Shown here: piece after piece, positions 30,790 to 40,015 of the stretch
Layout of the letters: each line of letters starts with the position of its first letter
Position numbering within the stretch: the first letter of the stretch is position 1
Source: an uncultured Acidobacteriota bacterium
GTDB lineage: Bacteria > Acidobacteriota > Vicinamibacteria > Vicinamibacterales > 2-12-FULL-66-21
Length of the DNA stretch: 64,000 nt
Assembly: GCA_963797715.1 (NCBI GenBank)
Contig: CAWCQS010000010.1
Location: 27,271 to 91,270, forward strand
Direction: 5' to 3'
Translations under genes and position numbers: made by a program
The notes under the pieces: model-generated
Databases searched by the model: none
The model's input: only the letters and a program-made list of their open reading frames with translations
Told to the model about the DNA's origin: nothing

Positions 30790-31403
30790 AGATCATGCTC
30801 GTCGACGATCACTACCTGGTCCGGATGGGCCTGGCGAGCATCATCGCGCTCGAGCCGGACATGACCGTCTGTGCCGAGGCTCCTTCCGGCGAGCAGGCGC
30901 GCGCCCTCTTCCGCGCCCACCGCCCGGATGTCACCCTGATGGATCTCCGACTACCAGGCATGAACGGCGCCGAGACCGTCCAGGCCATCCGCTCGGAGTT
31001 TCCCGACGCTCGGATCGTGATGCTCTCGACCTACGTCTGCGACGAAGAGATTTACGGCGCGCTCCACGCCGGCGCGATGGCGTACCTTGTGAAGTCGGTC
31101 CAGCGTGAAGAACTGATGCACGCCATCCGGAAAGCTGCCGCCGGCCAACGGCACATTCCCGCCGAAGTCGCCGAGCGCCTGGCAGATCGGGTATCGGGTT
31201 CCCAGCTTTCCGCCCGCGAGCTCGAAGTCCTGCGTCAGTTGGTGAGCGGACGCCGAAACCGCGAAATCGCGACCGCTCTCGACATTACAGAGGGAACGGT
31301 CAAGCTCCACGTCAGCAGCATCCTCGGCAAGCTGGGGGCAGCCGACCGGACCGAAGCGGTGACCCGCGCCCTTCAGCGGGGCATCGTGCAATTAGAAATG
31401 TAG
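30774..31403 (+). CDS. Response regulator, NarL/LuxR family (REC + HTH)
   Basis: It reads IMLVDDHYLVRMGL..DVTLMDLRLPGMNG..YLVK and LSARELEVLRQLVSGRRNREIATALDITEGTVKLHVSSILGKLG. It overlaps the kinase gene by 16 nt. Confidence 0.9.
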   Translation: MADKLKIMLVDDHYLVRMGLASIIALEPDMTVCAEAPSGEQARALFRAHRPDVTLMDLRLPGMNGAETVQAIRSEFPDARIVMLSTYVCDEEIYGALHAGAMAYLVKSVQREELMHAIRKAAAGQRHIPAEVAERLADRVSGSQLSARELEVLRQLVSGRRNREIATALDITEGTVKLHVSSILGKLGAADRTEAVTRALQRGIVQLEM

Positions 31404-31499
31404 CTTCCGCCAACTCGAGTAGCCCCAACCTCTAGTGGCCTCAGCCTTTAGGTTGATGACTATGTCTTTCGATATATTACCTACCCCATCTTCAGCGAG

Positions 31500-31528
31500 T
31501 TGACGAATTTGTTCGTACCCCCTACAGT
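31500..31528 (+). promoter_or_regulatory. Candidate sigma-70 promoter for the TonB receptor/TPR/VWA gene string
   Basis: TTGACG (31500..31505), a 17-nt spacer, then TACAGT (31523..31528), in the AT-richest spacer of the window. A palindrome GCTAGT-agga-ACTAGC followed by CTAGCTAGC lies at ~31557..31583. GGAGAG lies before ATG 31618. Confidence 0.4.
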
Positions 31529-31617
31529 GCCCCCAGCCCGACGTGTAATAGTTTTCAGCTAGTAGGAACTAGCTAGCTAGCGGGCGCCAGAACTGACCGC
31601 GAGGTCCGAGGAGAGTT

Positions 31618-34600
31618 ATGGTGCAACGTTTCGTTCGTACATGCGGGATTGCGGCGATCGTCGCTGCTTTCATCGTGCTCGCGTCGAGCACCCCTGCCAG
31701 CGCCCAAACATCAGCCACGATCCGAGGCACCGTCCAGGACTCGAGCGGCGGCGTTTTGCCAGGCGCAACAATCACGCTGACCAACGCAGGAACGAAGGCC
31801 GCGCAGTCGACAGTCAGCGACGCACGCGGTCAGGTACATCGTGACGGGGCTTTTCCCCGGCCACTACGACATGAAGGTCGAGCTGAGCGGCTTCAAGTCG
31901 TACGAGCAGAAAGATCTCTCGCTCAGTCCGAACGACAACCGCGGCATCGACGTCCGGCTCGACGTCGGTCAACAGACCGAAACGGTAACCGTCACGTCGA
32001 ATGCCGAAGTCATTCAGACCCAGACCGGTGCGCGCGAGGGCCTGATCACGTCCAAGCAGATTGAAAACCTGTCGATCATCGGCAGAAGCGCCCTCGAGCT
32101 GATGCGCATCCTCCCTGGCGTCGTCGCCGACTTCAACGTGGGCGAATCGATAAGCTTCGGATCGGGCGGTAACAACACGCAGGCCTATACCGTCAACGGC
32201 ATCCGAGCGTCGGGTAACACTGTCTCACTCGACGGCTCGTCACTCCTCGACATCGGCAACAACGGCGGCGTCATCGTCTCCCTGAACAACGACATGGTTC
32301 AGGAAGTCAAGGTGCAGAGCTCGAACTTCGCCGCCGAGTACGGCACTGGCGGCATGAATATCAGTGGCGTGACGAAATCCGGCACGTCGAAGTTCCACGG
32401 TTCGGCCTACGACTATTGGCGCGACTATCGCCTGGCTGCGAACGACCGGTCGAACAGCATCACGCTGACCGAAAAGCCAAAGAGTTCATATCAGTACCCG
32501 GGCGGCAACGTCGGCGGCCCGATCGCGTTCGGAGACAGCTACACGAAAAACCGGGACCGCCTGTTCTTCTTCGTCGCCTTCGAGGGACAGCGGCAGCAGG
32601 TAGACTCCGGGGCGCACTTCACGCGCACTTACTCGCAGGCGATGCGCAACGGCGACTTCAGCGAGCTCCTCGCCAACCGCGGGTCGAACCTGAACAGCGT
32701 CCCGCAGCTGCGTATTCCGAAGGGGTATCCGAACGCCGGCCAGCCGGCGCCGAACAACGACCTGCGGCCGTATGTCAGCAATACCGGCAAGTACCTCTCG
32801 AGCCTGTATCCTCTGCCGAACTACAACGACCCGGCCAACCTGTACAACTACGTCTACAGCGAGCTCGAGCCCAACAATCGGCACGACTTCAAGGCGCGGT
32901 TCGACTGGAACATCAGCAACAGCACGAAGGCCTACGTCCGCATCGCGAACGAGGGCGAGACGGCAGAAAGCCCCCGCGGTGTCTGGTGGGCACCGGGCGA
33001 CGTCGTGGCGCTGCCGACGCCGAACGTCGGCGAGAATCGCGGCAAGTCGTACGCCGGCAACATCGTCAGCGTGCTCAGCCCGTCGATGACGAACGAAGTG
33101 CTCGTCAGCTACAGCCGGCTGACGCTCGACAACCACTTCAAGGATCCGAACCTGCTAATGCAGGGCGCCGGCGGGGTGAATTTCCAGGGTATCTTCACTC
33201 CTGCCCAGTCGAGCCCGTACCTTCCAACCGACCTCTTGCATGGATGGGGCGGCAGCGGCCAGGTGGGCCAGCTCTGGGCAAAGGGCAATGACATGTACGC
33301 CCACAACGATGCGCTGCAGTTCAGCGACAAGCTGACGAAGCTCGCCGGAACGCACGGGATGAAGTTCGGGTTCTCGGTCGAGCGCGGGCAGAAGCAGCAA
33401 AACTTCCAGAACCTCGAGGCCGGCCAGCTGTGGTTCGGCAGCGAGAATGACACGGGCACTGGCAACTCAGGTGCCGACATGCTCGTCGGCCGTGTCGGAC
33501 AGTTCAATCAGGGCACAGCGACCAACGGCGCCCCGGCGCCCGGTCAGCCCTCCGGTAAGTGGCGCTACTGGAACGTCGACGCCTTCGCCCAGGATGCCTG
33601 GAGGCTTCGCTCGAACCTGACGCTCGAATACGGCGTTCGCTTCGGCATGTGGACCAACAACCGCGAATTGAGCGGTCTCGGCGGCTACTTCACGCCGGAC
33701 CTCTACGACCCGACCAAGGGTTCGTTCCTCGACCCGGGCACCTATCAGCGGTTGAACGGCGTCTGCTACGTCTACAACGGCTGCGCGCCCGACGGCATCA
33801 TCGAGGATCGCTCGCCGTTCGCACTGCCGCGGGTCAACATCGCGTGGGACATCGACGGCGAAGGCAACAACGTCGTCCGCGGCGGGTACGGCATCTTCTA
33901 CAACCGCAACATGGGCAACGTCGAGTACGACAACACGTTGCGGTTGCCCCCGAACGCGTATCAGGTGGCAACGGACTTCTGGGCCGGCGGCGGATATGGG
34001 AACGGCCTGGGTCTGACCTACGACACGGTTCATGAAGCGACGCTGGCTAATCGCATTGGCAGCATCGCCATCAACTCGCTGACGCCCGACTCGTTCCTCT
34101 GGCCGATGACGCACAGCTACAGCATGTCGTATGCTCGCCGCATCCCGTGGAACCAGGTCGTCGAGGTGAGCTACGTCGGCACCAAGGGCCGAGACCTGGT
34201 GAGCCGGAGCAACGGCAACGTCATGCCATATGGCGTGATGAGCACCGGTACCTTCAATGGCGTAGACATGACTGTACCCGTCAACCGCTATGCTGTCGCG
34301 AATGTGGGCGGCGCGAACCTCGCGGCGTTCCGGCCCTACAACGCACTGGCTGGCATGACACTCTACGACTTCCGCGGCGAGTCGAACTACGACTCGATGC
34401 AGGTCACCCTCAGCCGCCAGACGGCTCGCAACTTCCAGTACTTCGTCGCCTACACCTACGGCGAGACCCGCGGAACGCTGGGTGGCGAGTACTCGGTGAT
34501 TGATCCGTATGACCCGAAGCGCACTTACGGTGTGCTCAACGAGGACCGCACGCACATCCTGAACGTGTCGTGGAATGCCTTCCTGCCCGATGGCGCCAAG

Positions 34601-35251
34601 GGTGCGATGGATAACGCGTTCGGCAAAGGCCTGTTGAACGGATGGCAGCTGTCGGGTATCTCGTCGATGGCCAGCGGCCTTCCATTCCGGCTGAGCTTCT
34701 CAGGCGCGGCGGCGTCGAACGGAACGTCCGCTGCTTATTTCGGCACCACCGACGTTGTCGGGCCGACTAATGGCGGCGGCAACGGTCTCTCGCCCACCTA
34801 TACGTGCGACCCACGGCTCAGCGGCAGCGACGTCGGCGAGAAGCTGCTCGATATCGGTTGTATCTCCGTCCCCGCCTTCGGGACGAACGGCGATCTCGTG
34901 CCCCCGAACAACCTGCGACAGCCGACACGCTTCAACCACGACCTGACGCTCTTCAAGAACTTTGAGATACGAGGCGATCAGAAGCTGCAGTTCCGGGTCG
35001 GCTTTTTCAACCTGTTCAACCAGGCGTTTGCCACGACCGCCGTGGACGGCAACGACATCAACCTGGTACTCGACACGACCTGTAACGTGCTGAAGAACGG
35101 CGTGCCGGATGGCACGGGCGCTTTCGTCGACAATGTCTGCGACCCGACGGGCGGTTACAGCTTCACGCCGCAGACGGTGTCGAACTTCGGCAAGGTCAAC
35201 CTCAAGCGCGGACACCGCGTCGTCGAGCTCGTGCTGAAGTACTACTTCTAG
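31618..35251 (+). pseudogene. TonB-dependent receptor with carboxypeptidase-regulatory-like domain (~1210 aa); one frame break near 31833
   Basis: ORF 31618.. reads MVQRFVRTCGIAAIVAAFIVLASSTPASAQTSATIRGTVQDSSGGVLPGATITLTNAGT..SDARGQ. A +1 shift joins YIVTGLFPGHYDMKVELSGFKSY.. of ORF 31841..35251 (plug, long barrel, C-terminal ..VVELVLKYYF). Confidence 0.8.
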
Positions 35252-35297
35252 AGACCACGGATTACACGGAGCGCACGGTCGCTCCGAGTCAGGACCA

Positions 35298-35340
35298 ACC
35301 AAACGGGGGCGAGGGCCGGGAGGCTCTCCCCCCGTTTGGT
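35298..35340 (+). terminator. Long hairpin after the TonB receptor gene
   Basis: ACCAAACGGGGG pairs with CCCCCGTTTGGT (12 bp) around a ~19-nt loop. There is no clean T-run, so terminator function is tentative. Confidence 0.45.
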
Positions 35341-35381
35341 CTATCTGGCGGCTATACTTCATAGAAGCCTGCGAATTTCCT

Positions 35382-36527
35382 ATGCTCCGCCTGGCCATCC
35401 TCTTCGCCGTCGTGGCTGGCGCTCCGACCTGGGTTGCCGCCCAAAGCCCGCAGAGCGCCGACAGCCTGCTGGCGCGCGCGATGGAGCTGCATCAGGCGGG
35501 AGACCTCCTCGGGGCGATTGACAACTACAAGGCGGTCCTCGCCATCGAACCGGAACGCGCAGATGCGCTGTCGAACCTCGGCGCCGCCTACGTTCGACTC
35601 GGACAGTTCGATGATGCGATCCAGCAGTACTCCGCGGCGCTGAAAGTCGACACGACGAATACGCCCATTCGTCTCAACCTTGCGCTCGCCTACTACAAGT
35701 CGGCGCGCCCACAGCTCGCCATCCCCGAACTCAAGCGTGTCGTGGCGTCGGAACCGCAGGCGAAGAACGCGTATCTCATCCTGGCCGACTGTTATCTGCA
35801 GACCGGTCAGGACAAGGAACTCCTGGCACTGATGCGGCCACGCGAGCAGATGTTCGAGAACGATCTCGCCTACGCGTATCTCGTCGGCACGGCGCTGATC
35901 CACACTGACGATCTCGTCGACGGGCAGAAATATGTCGACCGCGTGTTCGGGGCCGGCGAGTCAGCCGAAGCGCGGCTCCTCATGGGCATGGCGTACCTGG
36001 CGCGCGACGACTTTCGTTCGGCGAAGGCGGAGCTCGAACGTGCGGTCAAGCTCAATCCGAAACTGGCGACGGCGCAGTCGCTCTACGGTCGCGCACTTCT
36101 CGCGCTCGGCGAGCAGGACGCCGCCGAGCGCGCGTTCCGGCGCGAGCTCGAATTCAACGTCAACGACTTCGAAGCCAACCTGCAGATGGGCCACATCCGC
36201 CGCAACGCGCAGCGCCTCGACGATGCCTCGACCTACCTCGAGCGCGCGCTGGCGATCCGCCCCGATGACCTCACAGTGCGCAAGATCGTCGCGAGCCTCA
36301 AGCTGCAAACCGGTCAGACCGAGGAAGCGGCGGCGATGCTGGAGTCGATCGTCAAGGACGCGCCCGATCTGATCGAAGCGCACGTCCAACTCGCGACGGC
36401 GTACAACCGGCTGAAGCGCCCGGCGGATGCGCAGCGCGAACGCGAGATCGCCGACCGGCTGACCGCCGAAGCACAAGCCAAGCAGCCCGGGGCCAAGCCG
36501 GCAGGCAAGGGCGGGAGCGAGCGATGA
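35382..36527 (+). CDS. Secreted tetratricopeptide-repeat protein
   Basis: There is a signal peptide (LAILFAVVAGAPTWVAAQ) and about 9 TPR-like units (AIDNYKAVLAIEPERADALSNLGAAYVRLGQFDDAIQQYSAALKVD etc.). Confidence 0.8.
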   Translation: MLRLAILFAVVAGAPTWVAAQSPQSADSLLARAMELHQAGDLLGAIDNYKAVLAIEPERADALSNLGAAYVRLGQFDDAIQQYSAALKVDTTNTPIRLNLALAYYKSARPQLAIPELKRVVASEPQAKNAYLILADCYLQTGQDKELLALMRPREQMFENDLAYAYLVGTALIHTDDLVDGQKYVDRVFGAGESAEARLLMGMAYLARDDFRSAKAELERAVKLNPKLATAQSLYGRALLALGEQDAAERAFRRELEFNVNDFEANLQMGHIRRNAQRLDDASTYLERALAIRPDDLTVRKIVASLKLQTGQTEEAAAMLESIVKDAPDLIEAHVQLATAYNRLKRPADAQREREIADRLTAEAQAKQPGAKPAGKGGSER

Positions 36528-37735
36528 GGCTCGAACGGTTCACAGTGTTAACTGCAACCCTCCTGCTGGCAACACCTATCCCCTGCCTCGCGCAGTCGGC
36601 CGACAAGCGGCCTCCGGCGACGCAGAAACCCGCCGCTCCGGCACCGCCGAAGCCGGCCGCGAGCACGGCCTCGAAGGCCGAGTTCGACAAGGTGGTCAAC
36701 GCCGCGACCGTGGCGCGACAGGCCGAGCGCTGGGAAGAGGCGATCGATCTCTACAGCCGGGCCGTGAAGCTCAAACCTGACTTCGTCGAGGGCTTCTGGT
36801 ATCAGGGCACGGCGTATTACACGCTCGATCAGTTCACGCAGTGTCGCGAGTCCTTCAGAAAAGTCCTGCGGCTCGTGCCAAAGAACGGCGGCGCCTACGC
36901 GTTTCTCGGCCTCTGCGAGTTCGGGCTCAAGGACTACGACCGTTCGCTGCAGCACCTGCTGCAGTCGCGCCTGCTCGGCGTCGGCGACGCTCCAGACCTC
37001 GGCGGAGTCGCGCGATATCACGCCGCGATTCTCATGTCGCGCATCGAGCAGTACGAGCAATCGCTCGAAACGCTCGGCGAGTTTGCCGCCGAGGGCAACG
37101 ACAACCCGCGCGTGATCGAGGCGATGGGCATCGCCACGCTGCGGATGCCGCTGCTGCCGAGCGAGATGCCGCCGGAACGGCGCGAGATGGTGCTGATGGC
37201 CGGCCGCGCCAGCAACCTGATGGCGACGCGCAACACGGCGGCGGCGGACAAGGCGTTTCAGGCGCTCGTCGCGCGCTACAGCGAAGTCCCGAACGTTCAT
37301 TACGCCTACGGCGTATTCCTGCTGCAGGAACAAGCAGATAAAGCGATCGAGGAGTTCACGAAGGAGCTCGAGCTCCAGCCCGAACACCCGTGGTCGCTGA
37401 TGCAGATCGCGTTCGAGTACGTCAACCGCGGCGATGCCCAGACCGCGCTGCCGTGGGCACAGCGCGCCGTCGCTGCGGCGCCGAACGCGTTCCCTGCCCG
37501 GAAGGCGCTCGGCCAGGCCTTGCTCGAGACGGGAGACGTCGAGGGCGCGATCCGCGAGTTGCTCACGGGCATCAAGCTCGCCCCCGAGAGTCCGGGGCTC
37601 TTCTACACGCTCGCCCGGGCCTATCAACGTGCGGGCCGCCTGGACGATGCGGAGAAGGCGCGCGCCGAGTTCACGCGGCTGGACAAGCTGGCGCGAACGC
37701 AGCGCACTGGAGCGCAGTCAGTAGGAGGACGATGA
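36524..37735 (+). CDS. Secreted tetratricopeptide-repeat protein (second)
   Basis: ATGA start/stop overlap with the previous gene. It has a signal peptide, a Pro/Ala linker and TPR units (AIDLYSRAVKLKPDFVEGFWYQGTAYYTLDQF..). Confidence 0.8.
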   Translation: MRLERFTVLTATLLLATPIPCLAQSADKRPPATQKPAAPAPPKPAASTASKAEFDKVVNAATVARQAERWEEAIDLYSRAVKLKPDFVEGFWYQGTAYYTLDQFTQCRESFRKVLRLVPKNGGAYAFLGLCEFGLKDYDRSLQHLLQSRLLGVGDAPDLGGVARYHAAILMSRIEQYEQSLETLGEFAAEGNDNPRVIEAMGIATLRMPLLPSEMPPERREMVLMAGRASNLMATRNTAAADKAFQALVARYSEVPNVHYAYGVFLLQEQADKAIEEFTKELELQPEHPWSLMQIAFEYVNRGDAQTALPWAQRAVAAAPNAFPARKALGQALLETGDVEGAIRELLTGIKLAPESPGLFYTLARAYQRAGRLDDAEKARAEFTRLDKLARTQRTGAQSVGGR

Positions 37736-39900
37736 CAAGTTTTCGCGTGCCGTTTGCCGTTGCAATCGCCGTCCTGGTTGCGGCACCGTCGGGATCCGGT
37801 CAGCAGCAAACGCCCCCGAAGGCGGGCACGGTTGCCGAAGCCGTGCGCGCCGTCCTGGTCGACGTCGTCGTTCGCGACAAGAAGGGCCAGCCCGTCCGCG
37901 ATTTGACGCAAGCGGACTTCGAAATCGTCGAAGATGGCGTTCCGCAGAAGCTCGGATCGTTCACGACGTTCTTCGAAGAGCGCCGCCGAAGGCACCCGCT
38001 GCCGCTCCGGCTCCCGCCACGTCTGCCGCGCCGCCAAAGCCGGCCAGCTGCCGACCCTGGTCCGATCGTCACGGCGCTCGTCTTCGATCGTCTGAGTCCG
38101 GAATCGCAACGCCTCGCTGTGCAGGCGGCGCAAGCCTATCTCGGTAATAAGGAAGAAGCACCGAACTATATCGGCGTCTTCAGCATCGACCTGGCGCTGA
38201 CGCCGTATTCGCCGTTCACCCGCAGTGGCCCAACGCTGCGCCAGGCCCTCACCAAGCTTGGTAACCGCAGCTCGTCGTCTTTCAACAACGCGGAGCGCCA
38301 GCAGCGGAAGGTGGCGCTAGATCAGCAGGCCAGCGCGTCGGCGCAAACCGCAGGCAGCGGCGCGGCGGCGGGCGGCCCTGGAGCGTCGGCTGCGATCGGC
38401 ACGTCTTCGGCGGCGGCGCAGCTGGCGCAGATGGAATCGAACATGATTCGCGACTTCGACGCGATGGAGCGCGACCAAACGGGCTACTCGACGACCAATG
38501 GGCTGTTTGCCGTCATCGGATCGCTGGCGAAACTTCCAGGACGAAAGAGCCTCGTGCTCTTCTCGGAGGGCCTCTCGATTCCGCCCGCCGTTGAACGCCT
38601 CTTTCGTGGCGTCGTCGACGCTGCCAATCGCGCCAACGTCACCATCTACACGATGGATGCCGTCGGCCTCCGCGCCGAGAGCACGCAAGCCGAGATCCGC
38701 GACAAGGTCAATCAGGCGGCCGGCTTCGGCATCAACACCGCCTACGCGGGGAGCGGCGCGAGCGACGGGCCATTGACCAAGGGACTCGAGGAGAACGAGA
38801 ACGTGCTGCGGCAGGATCCGCAAACCGGACTCGGGCAACTTGCGCTCGAGACCGGCGGCGTGCTCTTCAACAACTCGAACAACCTGCGCATTGGCTTCGA
38901 GCGCATAGACGACGACCTGCACAACTACTACATGCTCGGCTACACGCCGAGCAACGACGCCTTTGACGGCAAGTTCCGGAAGATCGACGTCAAGGTGAAC
39001 CGGCCGGGCGTGACCGTCTCGTCACGGCGTGGCTACTTTGCCGTGCGCGACGTCGGCGGTGCGCCGATCAACACGTGGGAGGCGCCGGCGCTCGGCGCGC
39101 TCGAGCAGAAGCCGCTGCCCAATGCGTTCCCGGTCCGCGCTGCAGCCTTTCGCTTCCCCGAACGCGATCGCCAGGGGCTGGTGCCGATCGTCGTCGAATT
39201 CAAGACGGCAGGGATCACGTTTCAACAATCGGCCGACGGGAAGACCTACACCTCAGACTTCGCCGTGATCGCGCGCTTTCTCGATCAGGACAATCAGGTC
39301 GTTCGCAAAGTCAGCCAGCACTACGAAGTCAATGGGTCGATTGACAGGCTCGAGAGCGCGAAGCAGGGCGACGTGATCTTCTATCGCGAGCCTGAGCTGC
39401 CGCCCGGCACGTACACGATGGAGGCCATCGTCTACGATGCCCCTTCAGGCAAGTCGAGCGTCCGGTTGTCGACCGTCGAGGTGGCGAGAGACCCGGCCGC
39501 CAAGCTGCGCGTGAGCAGCCTGGTGATCGTCAAGCGGGGAGAAAAGGTTCCGGAAAATGATCGGCGGCCGGAGAATCCGCTGCTGGTGAAGGACATCCTG
39601 CTCTACCCGAATATCAACGAGCCGATCAGCAAGGCGGCCAAAGAGGTGGCGTTCTACTTCGCTGCCTACCCAGTCGCGGGCGGACCTGCGCCCGAATCGG
39701 TGATCGAGCTGCAGCAGAACGGCAAACCGGTGGCGCAGATCCCGATGCCCTTTGGCGCTCCCGATGCCACCGGCCGCGTGCAGCAAGTCGGGCGGCTGCC
39801 GCTCACGGAGCTGCCGCCTGGCACGTACGATCTCCGCGCCATCGTCAGGCAGGGGCCGGAGCAGATTGTGCGGTCGACGTTGTTGAGAGTGGTGGAATAA
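37732..39900 (+). CDS. VWA-domain protein of the acidobacterial TIGR03436-like type with a ~330-aa C-terminal extension
   Basis: ATG 37732 follows AGGAGG and forms an ATGA overlap with the TPR gene. It has a signal peptide and the family N-terminus VLVDVVVRDKKGQPVRDLTQADFEIVEDGVPQKL. The VWA core reads LVFDRLS..GRKSLVLFSEG..ANRANVTIYTMDAVGL. The listed ORF start 37390 is an upstream read-through. Confidence 0.8.
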   Translation: MTSFRVPFAVAIAVLVAAPSGSGQQQTPPKAGTVAEAVRAVLVDVVVRDKKGQPVRDLTQADFEIVEDGVPQKLGSFTTFFEERRRRHPLPLRLPPRLPRRQSRPAADPGPIVTALVFDRLSPESQRLAVQAAQAYLGNKEEAPNYIGVFSIDLALTPYSPFTRSGPTLRQALTKLGNRSSSSFNNAERQQRKVALDQQASASAQTAGSGAAAGGPGASAAIGTSSAAAQLAQMESNMIRDFDAMERDQTGYSTTNGLFAVIGSLAKLPGRKSLVLFSEGLSIPPAVERLFRGVVDAANRANVTIYTMDAVGLRAESTQAEIRDKVNQAAGFGINTAYAGSGASDGPLTKGLEENENVLRQDPQTGLGQLALETGGVLFNNSNNLRIGFERIDDDLHNYYMLGYTPSNDAFDGKFRKIDVKVNRPGVTVSSRRGYFAVRDVGGAPINTWEAPALGALEQKPLPNAFPVRAAAFRFPERDRQGLVPIVVEFKTAGITFQQSADGKTYTSDFAVIARFLDQDNQVVRKVSQHYEVNGSIDRLESAKQGDVIFYREPELPPGTYTMEAIVYDAPSGKSSVRLSTVEVARDPAAKLRVSSLVIVKRGEKVPENDRRPENPLLVKDILLYPNINEPISKAAKEVAFYFAAYPVAGGPAPESVIELQQNGKPVAQIPMPFGAPDATGRVQQVGRLPLTELPPGTYDLRAIVRQGPEQIVRSTLLRVVE

Positions 39901-39910
39901 CGCGGCTCGG

Positions 39911-39960
39911 GTCCGGCTGACGCCGGACACTACATCAGTGGCGTCCGGCTTTTGCCGGAC
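39911..39960. repeat. Two REP-like hairpins tail to tail: GTCCGGC-tgac-GCCGGAC + ACTACA, then GTCCGGC-tttt-GCCGGAC preceded by CAGTGGC
   Basis: Both have perfect 7-bp stems and 4-nt loops. The conserved AC-rich tails face each other. The pair lies between the two VWA genes. Confidence 0.6.
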
Positions 39961-40015
39961 TCGCGAGCAGCGACAAGCGAGCTGCCAGCAGCCAAGAGCG
40001 ACAGGGAGCTGGATC

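Noticed and set aside
31404-31617. Riboswitch upstream of the TonB receptor (B12-type), and upstream of the Nramp gene (Mn-type, 61502..61560)
   Set aside because: I could not find the conserved cores (for example a B12 box), and the Nramp leader is too short. Only a cmscan could exclude them formally.
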